This document shows, in pieces, positions 24,490 to 37,805 of a DNA stretch of 64,000 nucleotides (positions are counted from its first letter, which is position 1; every line of letters starts with the position of its first letter). A program made the position numbers and the translations under genes. The stretch is taken from assembly GCA_013239625.1 (NCBI GenBank), contig MU054323.1:18804819-18868818 (forward strand), given 5' to 3'. Below the pieces are notes generated by a model. The model searched no databases. It had not been told where the DNA came from and worked only from the letters and a program-made list of their open reading frames with translations. The stretch is from Lama guanicoe (Eukaryota).

Positions 24490-25280
24490 ATTTGCCCCCC
24501 TGGGAAGAGGTTATCCTTCCGCGTGTCTTGTGCCAATATGGAAATGGTGGTGAAGGAGCCGACAGGAGATAGATGAGCCTGGGCTGGCATCTCTAAGCTG
24601 ACTTTTGCAGCCAGGTGTCTACACAGGGCCCCAGAAAGTCCTATATTCTCTAGGAGAGAATGCAAAAAAGGAGCTGTATGTCTGGTTACTACAGTGGGGG
24701 CAAAGTATCTTGGGCATTCAGGGCTACTGAACAGACTACTTTGGGGACTGAACTGGGTGTCGGCAGTCACGGTTCAGGAAGATGCAGAGTTCCTCAGGCA
24801 TCGATGGGAATGAGTCAGCAGCAGGGGAGAGCTGCAGGGTTGTGGCTAGTTCAGGAGGGCAGAACTCATTAATGTACGCCGACAGGACACTTATGGATAG
24901 AAACAGACTGACCCCACCTCAGGGGTACCAGCCTCCACAGAGCCGGTGTGGAGCAGCCCAAAGACCAGCAGGAAACACCAGCCCCAGTCTCATGGGGAGC
25001 CCTATGCCACGGGGACCTAAGCCTTCTGCTGTTCCAAGATGCTGTCTCAAGAAGGAAGAAGGAGGTGATTAACATCTGTTAAGAACTTGGAATTTTAAAC
25101 TGTCTACAATTTTCAGAGTAGGAATTGTTTGAACCAAAAGAAACTTAAAAGTGAAAGAGTGAAATACCATTACTGGAATATCTAAAATTTCATTTTCTCC
25201 TATTTCCAGTGAGTTTTAGAAGTGAAGCAGAGATAATCTCTCTCCATGTTGAAGTAGTAATTTAAATTCTTAACTCTGTT
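24490..25280. mobile_element. Probable old LTR (Gypsy/MamGyp-like); GC-richer block
   Basis: G-rich body followed by ...gaacttggaattttaaactg...-type tail similar to MamGyp LTRs; family uncertain. Confidence 0.4.
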
Positions 25281-25498
25281 ATTCAGCTAGTAAATGTCAG
25301 AATGAGAATTCAAACTCAGTCTGTTCCATCAACTATGCACTATTTATAGGATGGACTCTAGGGGGGTACAATTAAATGTCAATAAAATATTACTGGTTAT
25401 TATAATATAATTCAGATAAATGACACATAAAATCTTATCATCAGTAACATACATTAACCTACCTACATTAAAAATCTGCCACAAAATGGGAGATATAC

Positions 25499-25522
25499 GT
25501 GTGTGTGTGTGTGTGTGTGTGT
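25499..25522. repeat. (GT)n microsatellite
   Basis: Direct reading. Confidence 0.9.
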
Positions 25523-25992
25523 ATACACGTGTGTGAGAGTGTGAGCATATATATATGCATTTGTATATATGTATACGTATGGAGGTCTAGGCTTAACACA
25601 TTGCTCGAGGGTTGAAGGACATCACTTTTGTTCAGTATCCAGGCCATGTCACCTGAAGTGGGAAAATTAAATCATGGTGTGTACTGTCATAAATTATCAG
25701 TAAGGACTGTACAAAACTTGATGTCCCCAGGAACAAGCTGATTTCTGGCTAAAATTCAATCTCCATTTTCTTTCAGTGTGCCCCAAATGGTCCCACAGAT
25801 CTCCTTTCTGGGGAAATATAGCTCCAGGGAGCCACATTAGGAAGTAGTGTTGTGTATTAGGTTTCTGATTTACCGAGATGTTCTGGGAAACTACTTAACT
25901 GCTCACAGCTGCAAATTCCTTCCGTGAAAATTTAACATAGTGGTTGGAAATACTAGTAGAAATAACCTCAAAAAATAATTTGCAAAATCAAT

Positions 25993-26027
25993 AGGAGTTT
26001 TAAGCAGTATTTCAAATGTGAGTAAAG

Positions 26028-26076
<49 letters not shown>

Positions 26077-26133
26077 AGTTTTAAGCGGTATTTCAAATGT
26101 GAGTAAAGAAACAGAGTGTGTGTGTGTGTGTGT
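25993..26133. repeat. Two-copy tandem duplication of a 39-bp unique segment plus a (TG)n tract
   Basis: aggagttttaagc[a/g]gtatttcaaatgtgagtaaagaaac at 25993 and 26074, followed by (TG)21 and agag(TG)8. Confidence 0.95.
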
Positions 26134-26903
26134 ACAACAGCAAACTACAAAGAGGAAAACTGGTTTTGAAACATAAGAACCAATCATCACAGGGAGCAAA
26201 TTCTAAATCTATGTCACATGGCAAAGATACTGTGGAAATCCTTTAGCACTCTGTAAGGAAATACCAATTTTAGGTGTCTTTATTAACTGTACTTCAGGGT
26301 GGCGTTGTTTTTTTTTTTTTCAGATTGATGAAAAGATGCATGATCTGCATGGTTGAGTTTGTTGAATGGTGAGGGAAACCTGCTACTGGGAATAGGTTGC
26401 TGAAGTCAGAAACAGTCTTAGTCCTGACATGTGAGCTATTGTATCAGAGGAGTCTCAATATGCAAACGTTGGCAGGAAAATAAAAACTTAAGCCACAGGT
26501 GATGGGAAGGTGTTCCTTTGTGAAAACAATCTGGGGAGCAAAATATTTTTCTTTAAGTCAGTGTGTCAAGGAAACAGATGCTCGTGAACAAAGATTTCAT
26601 ATATAAATAACTGTCAATTACTTTTGCCAGTGCATCCCATCACTAAAATGTAAGCTTCTACCTCAACATATTACTGTAAGCTAGTGGAATCAAGCAAGGG
26701 ATCATCTATTTTAAAAGGAGAGGGGAGGAACAACAAGCCATTTATTCCGCAATGTGAAAGAATCAACCAAATAACTGTTTTTTAAATATCAGTTACTCAT
26801 TTAGTCATCACATGTACAAACCTATTTACCAAACATGTTTAATTCTACACCTTTCTTGAGAAATTGTATATTCTTTGTCATTCAGTTTTCCAACAATAAG
26901 ACT

Positions 26904-27891
26904 TATTTGCTCTTTATTGATGTATAGTCAGTTTACAATGTTGTGTCAATTTCTGGTGTACAGCATAATATTTTAGTCATACATATGCATACATATATTC
27001 TTTTTCACTATAGGTACTACAATATATTGAATATAGTTCCCTGTGCTATACAGTAGGACCTTGCAGTTTCATCTATTTTATATATAGTAGTTAGTGTATG
27101 TAAACCCCAAACTCCCAATTTATCCATCCCTTCCCACCCCTTTCCCCCCCTGGTAACCATAAGTTTGTTTTCTATGTCTGTGAGTCTGTTTCTGTTCTGT
27201 AAATAAGTTCATCTGTATCTTCATTTTTTAGATTCCACCCATAAGTGATATCATATGGTATTTTTCTTTCTCTTTCTGGCTTACTTCACTTAGAATGACA
27301 ATCTCCATGTCCATCAATGTTGCTGCAAATAGCATTATTTTATTATTTTTTATGGCTGAGTAGTATTCCATTGTATAAATATACCACAACTTCTTTATCC
27401 AGTCCTCTGTCAAAGGACATTTAGGTTGCTTCCATGTCTTGGCTGCTGTAAATAGTGCTGCTATGAACATTGGGGTCCATGTATCTTTTGGAATTAGAAT
27501 TCCCTTTGGATATATGCTCAGGAGTGGCATTTCTGGATCATATGGTAAGTCTAGTTTTAGTTTTTTGAGGAATCTCCATAACTGTTTTCCATAATGGTTG
27601 CACCAAACTATAGTCCCACCAACAGTGTAGGAAGGTTCCCTTTCCTCCACACCCTTCCCAGCATTTATTGTTTGTGGACTTTTTAATGATGGCCATTCTG
27701 ACTGGTGTGAGGAGGATTACCGCATTGTAGTTTTGATTTGCATTTCTCTGATAGTTAGTGATATCATGCATTTTTCATGTGCCTATTGGCCATTTATATG
27801 TCTTAATTGAAAAGTTGCTTTTTTAGGTCTTGTGCTCATTTTTGGATTAGGATTTTTGTTGTTGTTGTTGTTACTAAGTTGGCTGAGCTCA
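26904..27891 (-). mobile_element. 5'-truncated lineage-specific L1 with target-site duplication
   Basis: ORF 27228-27650 reads as the L1 ORF2 C-terminus (LPYDPEMPLLSIYPK...WKQPKCP...WIKKLWYIYTMEYYSAIK); TSD aacaataagact (26892-26903) / aaccataagatt (27892-27903). Confidence 0.95.
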
Positions 27892-29299
27892 AACCATAAG
27901 ATTCAAAATGTCAGTTCTGTTTTTCTCACTTCTGTTCCCCATTAAGGCGTTTCTCTGTTCTAACCCACATGCTTGATTGTATTTTAGAATGTAAACTAAA
28001 ACAGCTTTTAAAGTGATAAGACTTTTATAAAACACAAATTGGCAGTGGAAGACAAGAAGGATATGGAAGAAACTCAGATTGTGGCTGAATTTCCAAAGGA
28101 ACTGTGACTAAATGCTATGAATGTCCTTGTAAGTTTCACATACTAACTCATACAATTATATAAATTAATGTTCTGTAGCAGGATATTCTTTTGATTTGCT
28201 GACCTGTGGAAGAAACGGGAACAGGATTATGTGTTGTTCATCTTGCATGATTTATACCTACTTCCTCTAGTTCTTGAGTTATAAAAGTTATTAAGGCAAA
28301 AGTCACCCTTGAATTTTCAATGTTCCTGATAAGCTTACAAAACAATTGGTTTTGTTTCAGTGAAATATTTCTAAAAACTTGCAATATGCGTTCCCAAGTG
28401 TTAGGAATATCTGTCAGTGCAGGATTTGCCCTTATTTCTACATTCAAGGGTATATGACACCTTTCATTTTATTTCTCCGTTATTTCAAGTACATAGCTTA
28501 ACATTTCCAAACTAGAGTTAATTGTAACAAACCCCACACATCACATGTAGGTATAATAAGGCAAAGATGGAGTCCAGTAAGAACTGAACTTTCTTTAAAG
28601 CAGACTGAATAGAAAAGTTGGAGGCTTTTTATTGACATAATTCAGTGCAGTTTAGATACCATAAAATTAAGTGATATTGCAATTAAATAAAAGTGGAGAG
28701 GCAGCTAAGCTCTCTTTTAATCCTTAAGCCTCTCACTGTATATTTAAGAGTTAACATAAATGAGAGCACTACACAAACATTGGTGTACAGTAGATTCTAG
28801 CAGAGAAAAAAATTAAGGCAGTTTTCATTCCAGAATCAATTGGGGGGCTGAAAGGCTTTAGTCAACCAATGTTATAGTTGTGCTTTTTTTTTTCGTAAAC
28901 ACTTCTTTCTTCCCCATCTTTTTGGCCTTACTAATAATTGCACTTCATTGGTTTTGCTGATACTATTATCTATCTTTAGCTGCTTGTGGTGAAGGTCCCT
29001 GTGACTTACAGCAAATGTCCAGAAAAAAAAGAGAGAGAGAATGCTAATTGGCAACATTCTAGGAGAGAATGAAGACTCTTAAGTGTGTGCGCACGTGTGT
29101 GTGAAAGGACATGAATCACTAAAGATGTTTGACTGTGACTGTTCCAGATATAGGACAACAGTAAAATCAGGATTCCCTTGGGGATATTAACCAGTGATTG
29201 AGAACACGGAAATGAGAAGACAGGGAAGTGAGAAGGATACAACTTACTCCTTGGTAGAAGCAAACAAAATAAAGACTTAAAAAAAAAAAACATGAGGAT

Positions 29300-29720
29300 G
29301 GTGGGCTGTAAGCATAATTGTTTAACAATTAGTACTAATACCTTACTGGGACACTAAGTTTCCATAGTGTGCAGTTTGAAAACTTCTTAGTAAATGTCTA
29401 GAATTAAAAATAAGTGATAGAATAGATAAATGAGTTTATACTGTATAGCACAGGGAAATATATTCAAAATCTTGTAGTAGCTCATGATGAAAAATAATAC
29501 GAAAATGAATATATATTCACGTATGACTCAAAAACTGTTGTGTACACTGGAAATTGACACAACATTGTAAACTGACTATAACTCAATTAAAATTAAAAAA
29601 TTAGTGGGCAAAAACAAACAAAAAAAGAAAACTGGGCATTTCCATGGGAGGATGCCATGTGATAATGAAAATGCTAGCACCACAGAACTTTAATGCCTCG
29701 TGTATGAGATCTGGTTACCC
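29300..29720 (+). mobile_element. Old hAT-Tip100-like element (MamRep4096-like), interrupted by an L1
   Basis: ctaagtttccatagtgtgcagtttgaaaacttcttagtaaatg ... ggcatttccatgggaggatgcc...agatctggttaccca match the recalled consensus. Confidence 0.55.
29417..29595 (+). mobile_element. Short L1 3'-end insertion
   Basis: ctgtatagcacagggaaatatattcaa...aattgacacaacattgtaaactgactataactcaattaaaa; TSD aaaaataagtg / aaaaattagtg. Confidence 0.9.
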
Positions 29721-31889
29721 ACTTATTGATGGGAACAAACATCATTGTGTCAATAAGTACTTATCGGTAATACACTTGACCAATAAATATGCATCGGCAG
29801 TATGAATTATATATTGATAGCAACAAAGAAATACTGTGTCAATAATTATATATATATGTATATCAAAATTGTATATGTTGATATCTATTTCATTCAATCT
29901 ATATGGACTATTCAATGATGTGTGTATTTAGATTGAACAAAAAATATTAATTTAAATAATAGAACTTAGAACAAATCATCTCTAACTTTAATTGTTATTT
30001 TACACCAGGAGCTTGGAGCCTAATGTGTATGGAGATTTTTTCCCTAGATAATATGTTTGCTTGAATTTGTCTTTATTCCTGTATCCATTTCTCTCATGAC
30101 CAACTAAAAAGTCAGCCTCTTGTGAGTGAGTGGTTGGAGCGAGACAGTGGATGGAAACTGAAATTAATATTATGGAATTCATTGTCTTGGCATCATCAGG
30201 GATCAGTCAAGTCATTAACTAGTGACTAAAGTATGTGTCACCTAAGAAATCTTCTCTGGTTTAGAATTTTAAACCATGAGGCTGATATATAGAGTTGTCA
30301 AAACAAAATTATTAATTAGTAGTTATAAGATTGATTTTAGAAACTTAATAAACTATGAAGGAATTTGGGATATAATTTTAAAAGTCTACCCAGAATGCAG
30401 CAGTGTGTTTTTGGTATTATGTCAAATTTAACTACCTTGGGGGAATTAACTTAACTCTTTATTAACTTTCAGGGAAAAGACATGTTCTTAAGAAGAGGGC
30501 ATATATTCCAAATGTCATCTGACCAGTTTGTTGCTTAATATGTTGGCTGCTTTCAAAGCAAGAGAGGGTTTAGTTAGTGAAATTAAAGCAAGGGTTACAA
30601 AGACTGCAGGAGATGCTGCAGGGGCTTAGCCCAGCCTCCTCCCTTGCAGAGGAAGAATCACACAATCTAGAGACAAACAGTGACCAGGCAAAAACAGAAC
30701 TGGGTCTTCCTTCCGACAGGTGGGCCAGTTTCCTTTTGCATATACCATGCTACCTAGCAATCAGGGATACATCAGACTTACTCTGAACCCCAACCTCTAG
30801 TGTTGAGAGTGATCAGTGCACATATGGGAGACACAGCATTGGGGTGCAAAGGACTTCATCACGTTCAAAGCTTTCCATACTGAGCAAAATACAGTAATGG
30901 GATTTGAACTGAGCTAAGAGTATGCACTCTTCTTATGAAAGAGTAAAAATTTAATTTGAATGAAGAAGGAACTAGAGAGAGGGCAGAGGCATCCTAAATT
31001 AGCATCTTCTTCATTTAAACAGCTCTAACGTTCAAGTAATTTATTAAGTTCAGCTATTTAAAAATATCAATAAATCAGCTATAAGCTTCGCTAGTTGTTA
31101 GCAGATAAAAACCTCCCAGGCTTTAACTAAAAGAGAAAATAAACATCAAAAATGATGTGGAAGTGTTATTTTCCTTTAGATAACAGCTGGCAAGAAAGTC
31201 AAGTTAGATAGAAACAGTAAAATGCACACTTAAAAAAAATCTTGTCTAGAATTGGTATCTCATTTCATACAATTTTTAGAGTATAAATTTACTGACAATT
31301 ACATTGTTGTTCACATAGTTTCTTAGGGGAGAAAATTATGTACTACTAAGTCATCAGTATTATAAGAGGCCAGTGAATTGCCGTAATACTTAAAAAGGCA
31401 ATATCATCTAGTTAGCAATAATAAAGGGATAAAAAAGAGTATTTTCAGTTTATCAAATGCCTACAATGGGTCAAGCATTACATACATTATATGAAATATA
31501 GTAAAAGCACGGTTAAATACCAGGTAAGAATAATTTCTTCTAATGAACAGGAGGGAAAACCATAACTCAGGGTAATTTAAGTAACTTTTCTCGAGCTTTG
31601 AGACAGTTTTCAGGATCAGGCCTTTCTGCCTTTCAAGTCTATGTTTTGGAATCCTGTAAATCCAGAGATTTATGAAAAGTTTCAGAGAAGTTATAAGTTA
31701 TCAAGCCTTTGGACATCCAATTGGTATTTTCCACAGCATTATAGTTTATTTAAATAAAGCTCCCTCTGGATTAACTTTTTTTTTTTCTTGGTCTAAACCC
31801 ATAACAGTTCAATAAGGCCACATTTATGGAGTTTATATCATAAATTCCTACATGGAGATTACTAGGAATCAGAAAATGTTTAAATACTT

Positions 31890-32085
31890 TAGGAATATTC
31901 ACTCATATAATCCTCATAACAGTCCTAGAAGGCAAAAACTATTATTTTTCTTCATTTGACAGATGAGGAACTAGATTCCAGAGAAGTTTAGTCATTCATC
32001 TGAGATCACACAGCTGGTAAATGGCAGAGCTGGTGCTGAACATGGGCAGTCTGGCTGCAAGTCCGTGCTGTTCATCACTCACTAA
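31890..32085 (-). mobile_element. MIR
   Basis: taatcctcataacagtcctagaagg...catttgacagatgaggaa...gatcacacagctggtaaatggcagagctgg. Confidence 0.9.
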
Positions 32086-32494
32086 GCCACTTAATAAATT
32101 CACCCAGTAAATTTAAATAGTGAGGCTCAGAACTCAACAAATATCTATTCTCCTTACCAGCCTTCTCTGGCAGCTGAAATTTTCCTTGTATCATGCATTT
32201 GGTTTAAGACAATGCAAGTAATAGTAACTCTTAGCTATCATTTAAGTCATTTTCCAGATTGATTCTGAAGACCTTTTGTCCCTAAAGATATACAACAAAT
32301 TAAGATTTTCCTCCTTATACCAATGCGGGAAGTGCTACAAAATAGACCCTGCTCTTGGAAATTCACAACACAGAAGTCTGGCAATAAAGAAAACCCTTTT
32401 CATTTTGCTTAATCCAGAATTTTCCAAGTATAATCAAGTATGAAAATATTGAAAACATTTAGAACCCAGAGATGTGCCTGGGCAATGCCTCATC

Positions 32495-32645
32495 ATGGTA
32501 AAAACTCAGGATCTGGGGTCAAACAATGTAGATTCAATTCCTGAACATTTAAGGGGAAAAAAAAAGACCCTCCTTTTTCAGGCCCAGTTTTCTCATTTGT
32601 AAAATGGGAATGAAAACAGCTCCTTACTTACAAGGTTGCTGTGGT
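32495..32645 (+). mobile_element. MIR
   Basis: cccagttttctcatttgtaaaatgggaatgaaaacagctccttacttacaaggttgctgtg. Confidence 0.8.
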
Positions 32646-34009
32646 TACAACCCAACTAGGTCACTTGGGAATCTCATGTCATGAGCAGCTTAACACAAAA
32701 TTTTCACAGACTGGTTTTCTGCTGTTTTGGGTTTCAACAATAGGTTATTTTGAATATTTCTAACCCTCCCACAACACACATGCCAAAATGCAAAATCCCC
32801 TCACCTCTTCCAGAAAATTTAACAAGTCCTGACACCTCTCAGCCGCAGAAGTGGAAGAATCCATTTGACTTGGCTGTTAAGGTTGATTTGAGAATTGAAA
32901 ATCTACCTACGTACTGTAGACCAGTGCTCGAGTGTGAACTGTAATTGACCGTAATTTCTTGGAGGAAATTGTGCCAAACATCAAAAGCTCCAACTGTATT
33001 TATTGTTAAATCCCTGTGCTCCCTTCTCAGAAAGCATTCACACGGTTCTCTGCAGCACTCATTTCTGCTGTTGGCATTTCTTGTTTAAATTCTAAACCTA
33101 CCAGGTCACCTTGAGAACTGTTCACTAGCAGAGACTTTTTTTTCCCAAAGAAATTATCCCAGGGTGACAGCAAAATGCCACTATCTTCAAAGCCACAGTC
33201 TTAAAACAAAACAAAGCAAAGCTAACTGTGATTTTTTCCTCTTACTGTGAGTCTGATGGGCTTGGTCTCCAGACAGCAAACCGTTTCTCCCCTTTTTTCT
33301 TCCTCTTTTTACTACATGGCACATCACTAAATTCATTACCATGAAAGATGGACAAAAGTCATGCATTTCCCAAGAGAATTTTTGAGCAGCCACAGAAGTT
33401 TCAGGCAAAAGAATATTTTCTTTATTCATCAGCTAGTTCTGAATCATGAATCAGATGTATGCAGTGAGCCGATACATCCTACAACCAAAGCACCTGGAAA
33501 ATAATGTCCTATGGATGACAGGGAGGGGAGCTCAGGCAGTCTTTTACACATAGCTTTTGACTGGGGACCATATGATAACTACAATCTCCAGAATGTGCCT
33601 GTTCGTTCCTTCTCTTTCTGCTTTTCTTTTCTTCCCCTCATCTTCTCCACCAAGTAGAGAGGAGACGGAAGGACTTTTTCGGTGAATGATGGACATCGAT
33701 GTGGAGGTTACCAAACCTCTACTGAACCAAATGATACTCACAAAGGATGTTTCCTACCTGTCCATTTCAAACAGGACAGGCTTTGTGTGTTAGGGAGAAG
33801 ACGGAGATTCTAATATGTCTCACCTCTAATTATTCCTTGAGTGAATAATTTTACTCTAAGATTTGAGGACAAATAGGCCACTACGTTTAGATAATAAGAA
33901 AATAGAGCCTATAATGAAGTAACCGAAAATCCTGGTGACTTTTAAAATGAATCTACTTGACATTTCATGCTGATAGAGATCTGACAAGAGCCAATACCAG
34001 GTATTATTA

Positions 34010-34220
34010 AAAGTTAGGATTCTGATATCAGACAAATCTTCTATTTAATAGTTTTTTTTTTATCCTGAGTAAGTCACTGAGTTTCTCCAAGCTTCTTTTT
34101 GATTTTCCCTATGTGTAAGATGCAAAAAAAAAGCAATACCGACTTCCTGAAAGGTTTGTTAGGGTTGAATCAGACAGTCTTGCCTACAGTAAGCACATGA
34201 TAAAATTTAATTAGTGTTAT
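34010..34220 (+). mobile_element. Degenerate MIR
   Basis: ctgagtaagtcactgagtttctc...tgcctacagtaagcacatgataaa. Confidence 0.55.
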
Positions 34221-35479
34221 CACTTTCCTTCAGACTTCTGTCCTCATGTGATTACTGTCCTCTGACCTTTAGATTGCTTTGGTTTAGGTGGATAAGTTAA
34301 AAAAACGTTTCATTGGTTGACTTTTTGAAAAATACAAAACTTAAGTCTAAAGTTCAAAAAGCTAATGAGAATGCTAACCTTATCTATTAAACCCAATCAT
34401 AAGTTACCACTAAGTACTGAATATGAAAGCTCAGGAGAATATGATACAAGCAAATAAAAAAAAAACAGAGAATAGCTATGGTTTAAACAGAATTTGTACA
34501 TGTCTTGTTAGAGAAACCTTGAATGTATTAAAATTACGTAATCCTACTTCTTGCATGAATCGAACTTTTACAAATTGTATGTAAGGCAAGTAGTCATTTA
34601 TTTTATTATTATTTGAAATTACCAGCTCTGGTGCAAAAAATCCATTCCCATATGACCAGGTCCCAGGTAAAACAAAAACATGAAAAAGAAACCTAGGGCT
34701 TGGAGTCACACAAGCCTGCACTGAAATCAAGTTCTCTTCATTGTACTAGTTTGGTAGCCCTTGGACAGCTTATAAATGTTGTTTCTGTTTCCTGATGTGA
34801 TGCAGGAGTCCATGAAATCTTTTATCACAGGGCCCTGCATAGACTGAGGAAAGTCTGCCCCGAACGAGGGGATTCAGGCTGCAACCTAAGCCAGCAGGCA
34901 TTTCAGTTTGCCTCTCATGCTCAAAAAATGAGTTTTCGAATGTCAAAGGGAAAGGAATGAATAAATAAGTTAACAAATGACTGTGTACATGTTAACTGGA
35001 AAAAGGAGGGGCTGAGGAATAGAGGATGTCCCAGGATAAAAGAAAAGGATTTATAGATGAGCATGGAACATATATGATGCTCAATAACTGGTAGTCATAA
35101 TTACCAAGAAGTCATTTCGCAGTGAAAGTGTGGTCCAACTTAACAATATAAATCCCACTCGAGGTCTTAGTATTTGTGAGGAGTAGAGGGTAGGGCATAA
35201 GGGCAGCCCTTTGTGTCACTTACTGGGATAGAGAGTCTTGGGGAGGAATGGATACAGATTTCCTATCTTGCTAAATTACATGTAAGAATTCCTCAAGATA
35301 AGTTCTTGTCCCGGTTCCCACCTGTTCTGCCTGCCCTTTGGGGAAGAGCTCTCAAGGGTTGGTGAATGGATCCTGCTGGGTAAATCTCTTTATGCTATTA
35401 CGCTTCATAGAATGTGCAGTGGATAACCTGTTACATCAAGTTGGCTTGAAATGAAGATTTGCAAACCTATTTTACATTT

Positions 35480-35650
35480 TAGTAGTAATAACTAATCATA
35501 ACAATGCATTTAATATATAGCACTGTTCACTTCAAGTGCTATCTTGTATTCATTGTTTTAACTATCTTGACAGTTTCTCATAACTTCTGTACCTTCATTT
35601 TTGGATGAAGTGACAGGCACAGGTTTTGAACCCTCTGCTTCCTGGATTTT
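35480..35650 (-). mobile_element. Degenerate MIR
   Basis: catttaatatatagcact...cttcattttggatgaag...ggttttgaaccc. Confidence 0.5.
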
Positions 35651-37805
35651 CAAATTGAATATAAACAACACAATTAAAAAAAAAAGTAAGGGGGGAGGAG
35701 CTTTGCATTCTCTCCCCCGCCCCCCACCTCTTTTGCTCCCTCTCTTTTTCTCTTGTGTACATGTGTGTGGGGAGAATGGATAAAAAGCATTGCCAGACTA
35801 GGCTATTACCAACACTATTACCAATAGGAGCAACTTACAATGGTAATTGGGTAGTTTTCAAATTACTTTCAAATGTCTGATGCATCCAGTAATGGTCAAT
35901 GTCTCCTGGCCCATCAACAACAAAAGAGAAGTAGATAGAGGGCTGGGAGACAGATCTACACTACAGATCACTTTGGAAGCAACCTTGGGAAGGATTTAGT
36001 TCATTATTATACAAAACAAACGTGCAGATAAACAAATAACTTAAAGTGGGAAATGCTGTGAACTAGACAGTATTTCCCAATGTCCCAGGAGGAAATAATT
36101 CTCTCCCCACTGTGGGCTATGGTGTATGTGTGTGGTTCCAGTGGTGGCCAAGATTGACTGTGTGCTGGGGATGAGGGTAGAAATAAAACTACAGAACAAT
36201 CTCAGAGGTGCTTTTTACTACCAGAAATTTAAATCATGCCTAGTTTAATACTGTTACATTTCAGGTCGTTTCAAAAATCTAAACTAAACGCAATCTCTTG
36301 TACCTTGTTAATATTTTCCTATCTGTTTATAGGCTTATTGGAAATGCCTGGAACTATTGTTGATGCCTGATAAATTCTTAAATTAAGGCAACCATGAAGT
36401 CAAGGTCTATTAAAATACTGTAAGGAAACCCTTGTGCCTAAGAAATTTACATTCCAATGTGCTGATCACATTCCTTTTCTTAATGAAGGAACTTTTCCAC
36501 TCAAGAGTTCCCACAAGAACAGTGCTATAAATTTAATTTTTTTTTCTGGTAGGCAAGAACTTAAAGTGTTACCTCTTGAAGCTGGTGGAATGTAAAATGT
36601 ATCAATTGATACCTGTGTATCTGAGGGTCCATTCTTTATTATCCATTCTAATGGAGGATAGAAGAGATAATTCAAAACTGAGGACATTAAAATCATATAC
36701 ATTTGATGTTAAAAGTATTTGAACGAGGGTACCAAATTCAGGAGTCCTGAATCAAATTGTGAGAACTCACTGTAAAGGTCTGGTTCTTTAAAACATAACT
36801 TTATCCTGTTTTTGGTTTGTTTGTCTCTTTTCTTAAACTTAGGGATAAAATTCTTTACTTCTTCACAGCACTATAAGGAGAAAAAGAAATGAATGATCGC
36901 TCTCTCTTCCTGTTCCTGTCTCTTTTTATGACCTGGCTCACATCATCTTTAGGGCTAGAAGATAATTGTTCTAACTTAATATGCATCTGTTTCAACAGTT
37001 ATGGGAGCACATGAAGCATTTCCTTATGTCCGGGCATCAATCTTCTACTTGATACTTTAATAAGACCTTTCATTTTCTGCTGCTATACAAGTGTAGAACA
37101 TCTCAGCCTGTATGATCTCAGATAAGCCTCAAAGCAACATGAAAATAGCATTAGCAAGTCTTGTTTGGCGGTGGTTGTTTTTTAATGTTTTTACTCGAAA
37201 TACTGAGACTCTGAAAGATAGAAGTCAGGGTGGCACTCACCCAGCTAGAGAAACACAGAGGGTCTAACGTCGAGTTCACCACTCTCTCTACTGCCTTATG
37301 TCTTTTCCATCTTTATTGCTGATCTTTAGCTAATATTCAAAACCTGTCTTTCATTCAAAACATTATCCAGTCTAGTCAAAATTTGTAGCTTTAACTTTAT
37401 TTTTCAGTATTCTTTTGAAACATCCAATTCAGTCAAAAAGGGTCTACTGTCCCACAAACATCCCCTGTCCCTCCCTGTGATTATCTGCACCTGAGATGTC
37501 TTCCTCCAGCTCCCAGACCCAACAGACCTCCCTTTTCCTTCCAAGCTCAGGTATCACCAGGGCCCTACCTGTTGCCACAGAGCCTTCACAAACACATCTC
37601 AGCCACAGATTTCTCTTTCTCTGAACTTCCTTTTTACACTATTTGTACTGCTCAGTCCTCACTGAGATACTTCCTTTTACTGTCTTGTTGTATTATGACT
37701 TATGATGGTATTTCTTTATGTATGTGTATCCAAACATTGTTAACTCCCTCACCCCAAATATGATACCTTTCTTTGCTGAAAAGAGTATGAGTTGTACCAT
37801 TCTTT

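Noticed and set aside
24294..24770. Longest ORF (158 aa) and neighbouring GC-richer ORFs to 25075
   Set aside because: No recognisable domain, overlapping frames on both strands, and overlap with a probable old LTR.
25993..26133. CRISPR-like repeat-spacer appearance
   Set aside because: Only two copies, the spacers are TG microsatellite, and the DNA is eukaryotic with no cas genes.
26324..26368. 45-nt exon-like segment (T-run-cag ... ATG|gtgagg)
   Set aside because: The acceptor strength comes from a simple T run, an upstream AG lies close by, and the peptide is unrecognisable; such pseudo-exons are common.
27228..27650. 140-aa ORF with clear protein similarity
   Set aside because: It is the C-terminus of L1 ORF2 in a 5'-truncated insertion, not a host gene.
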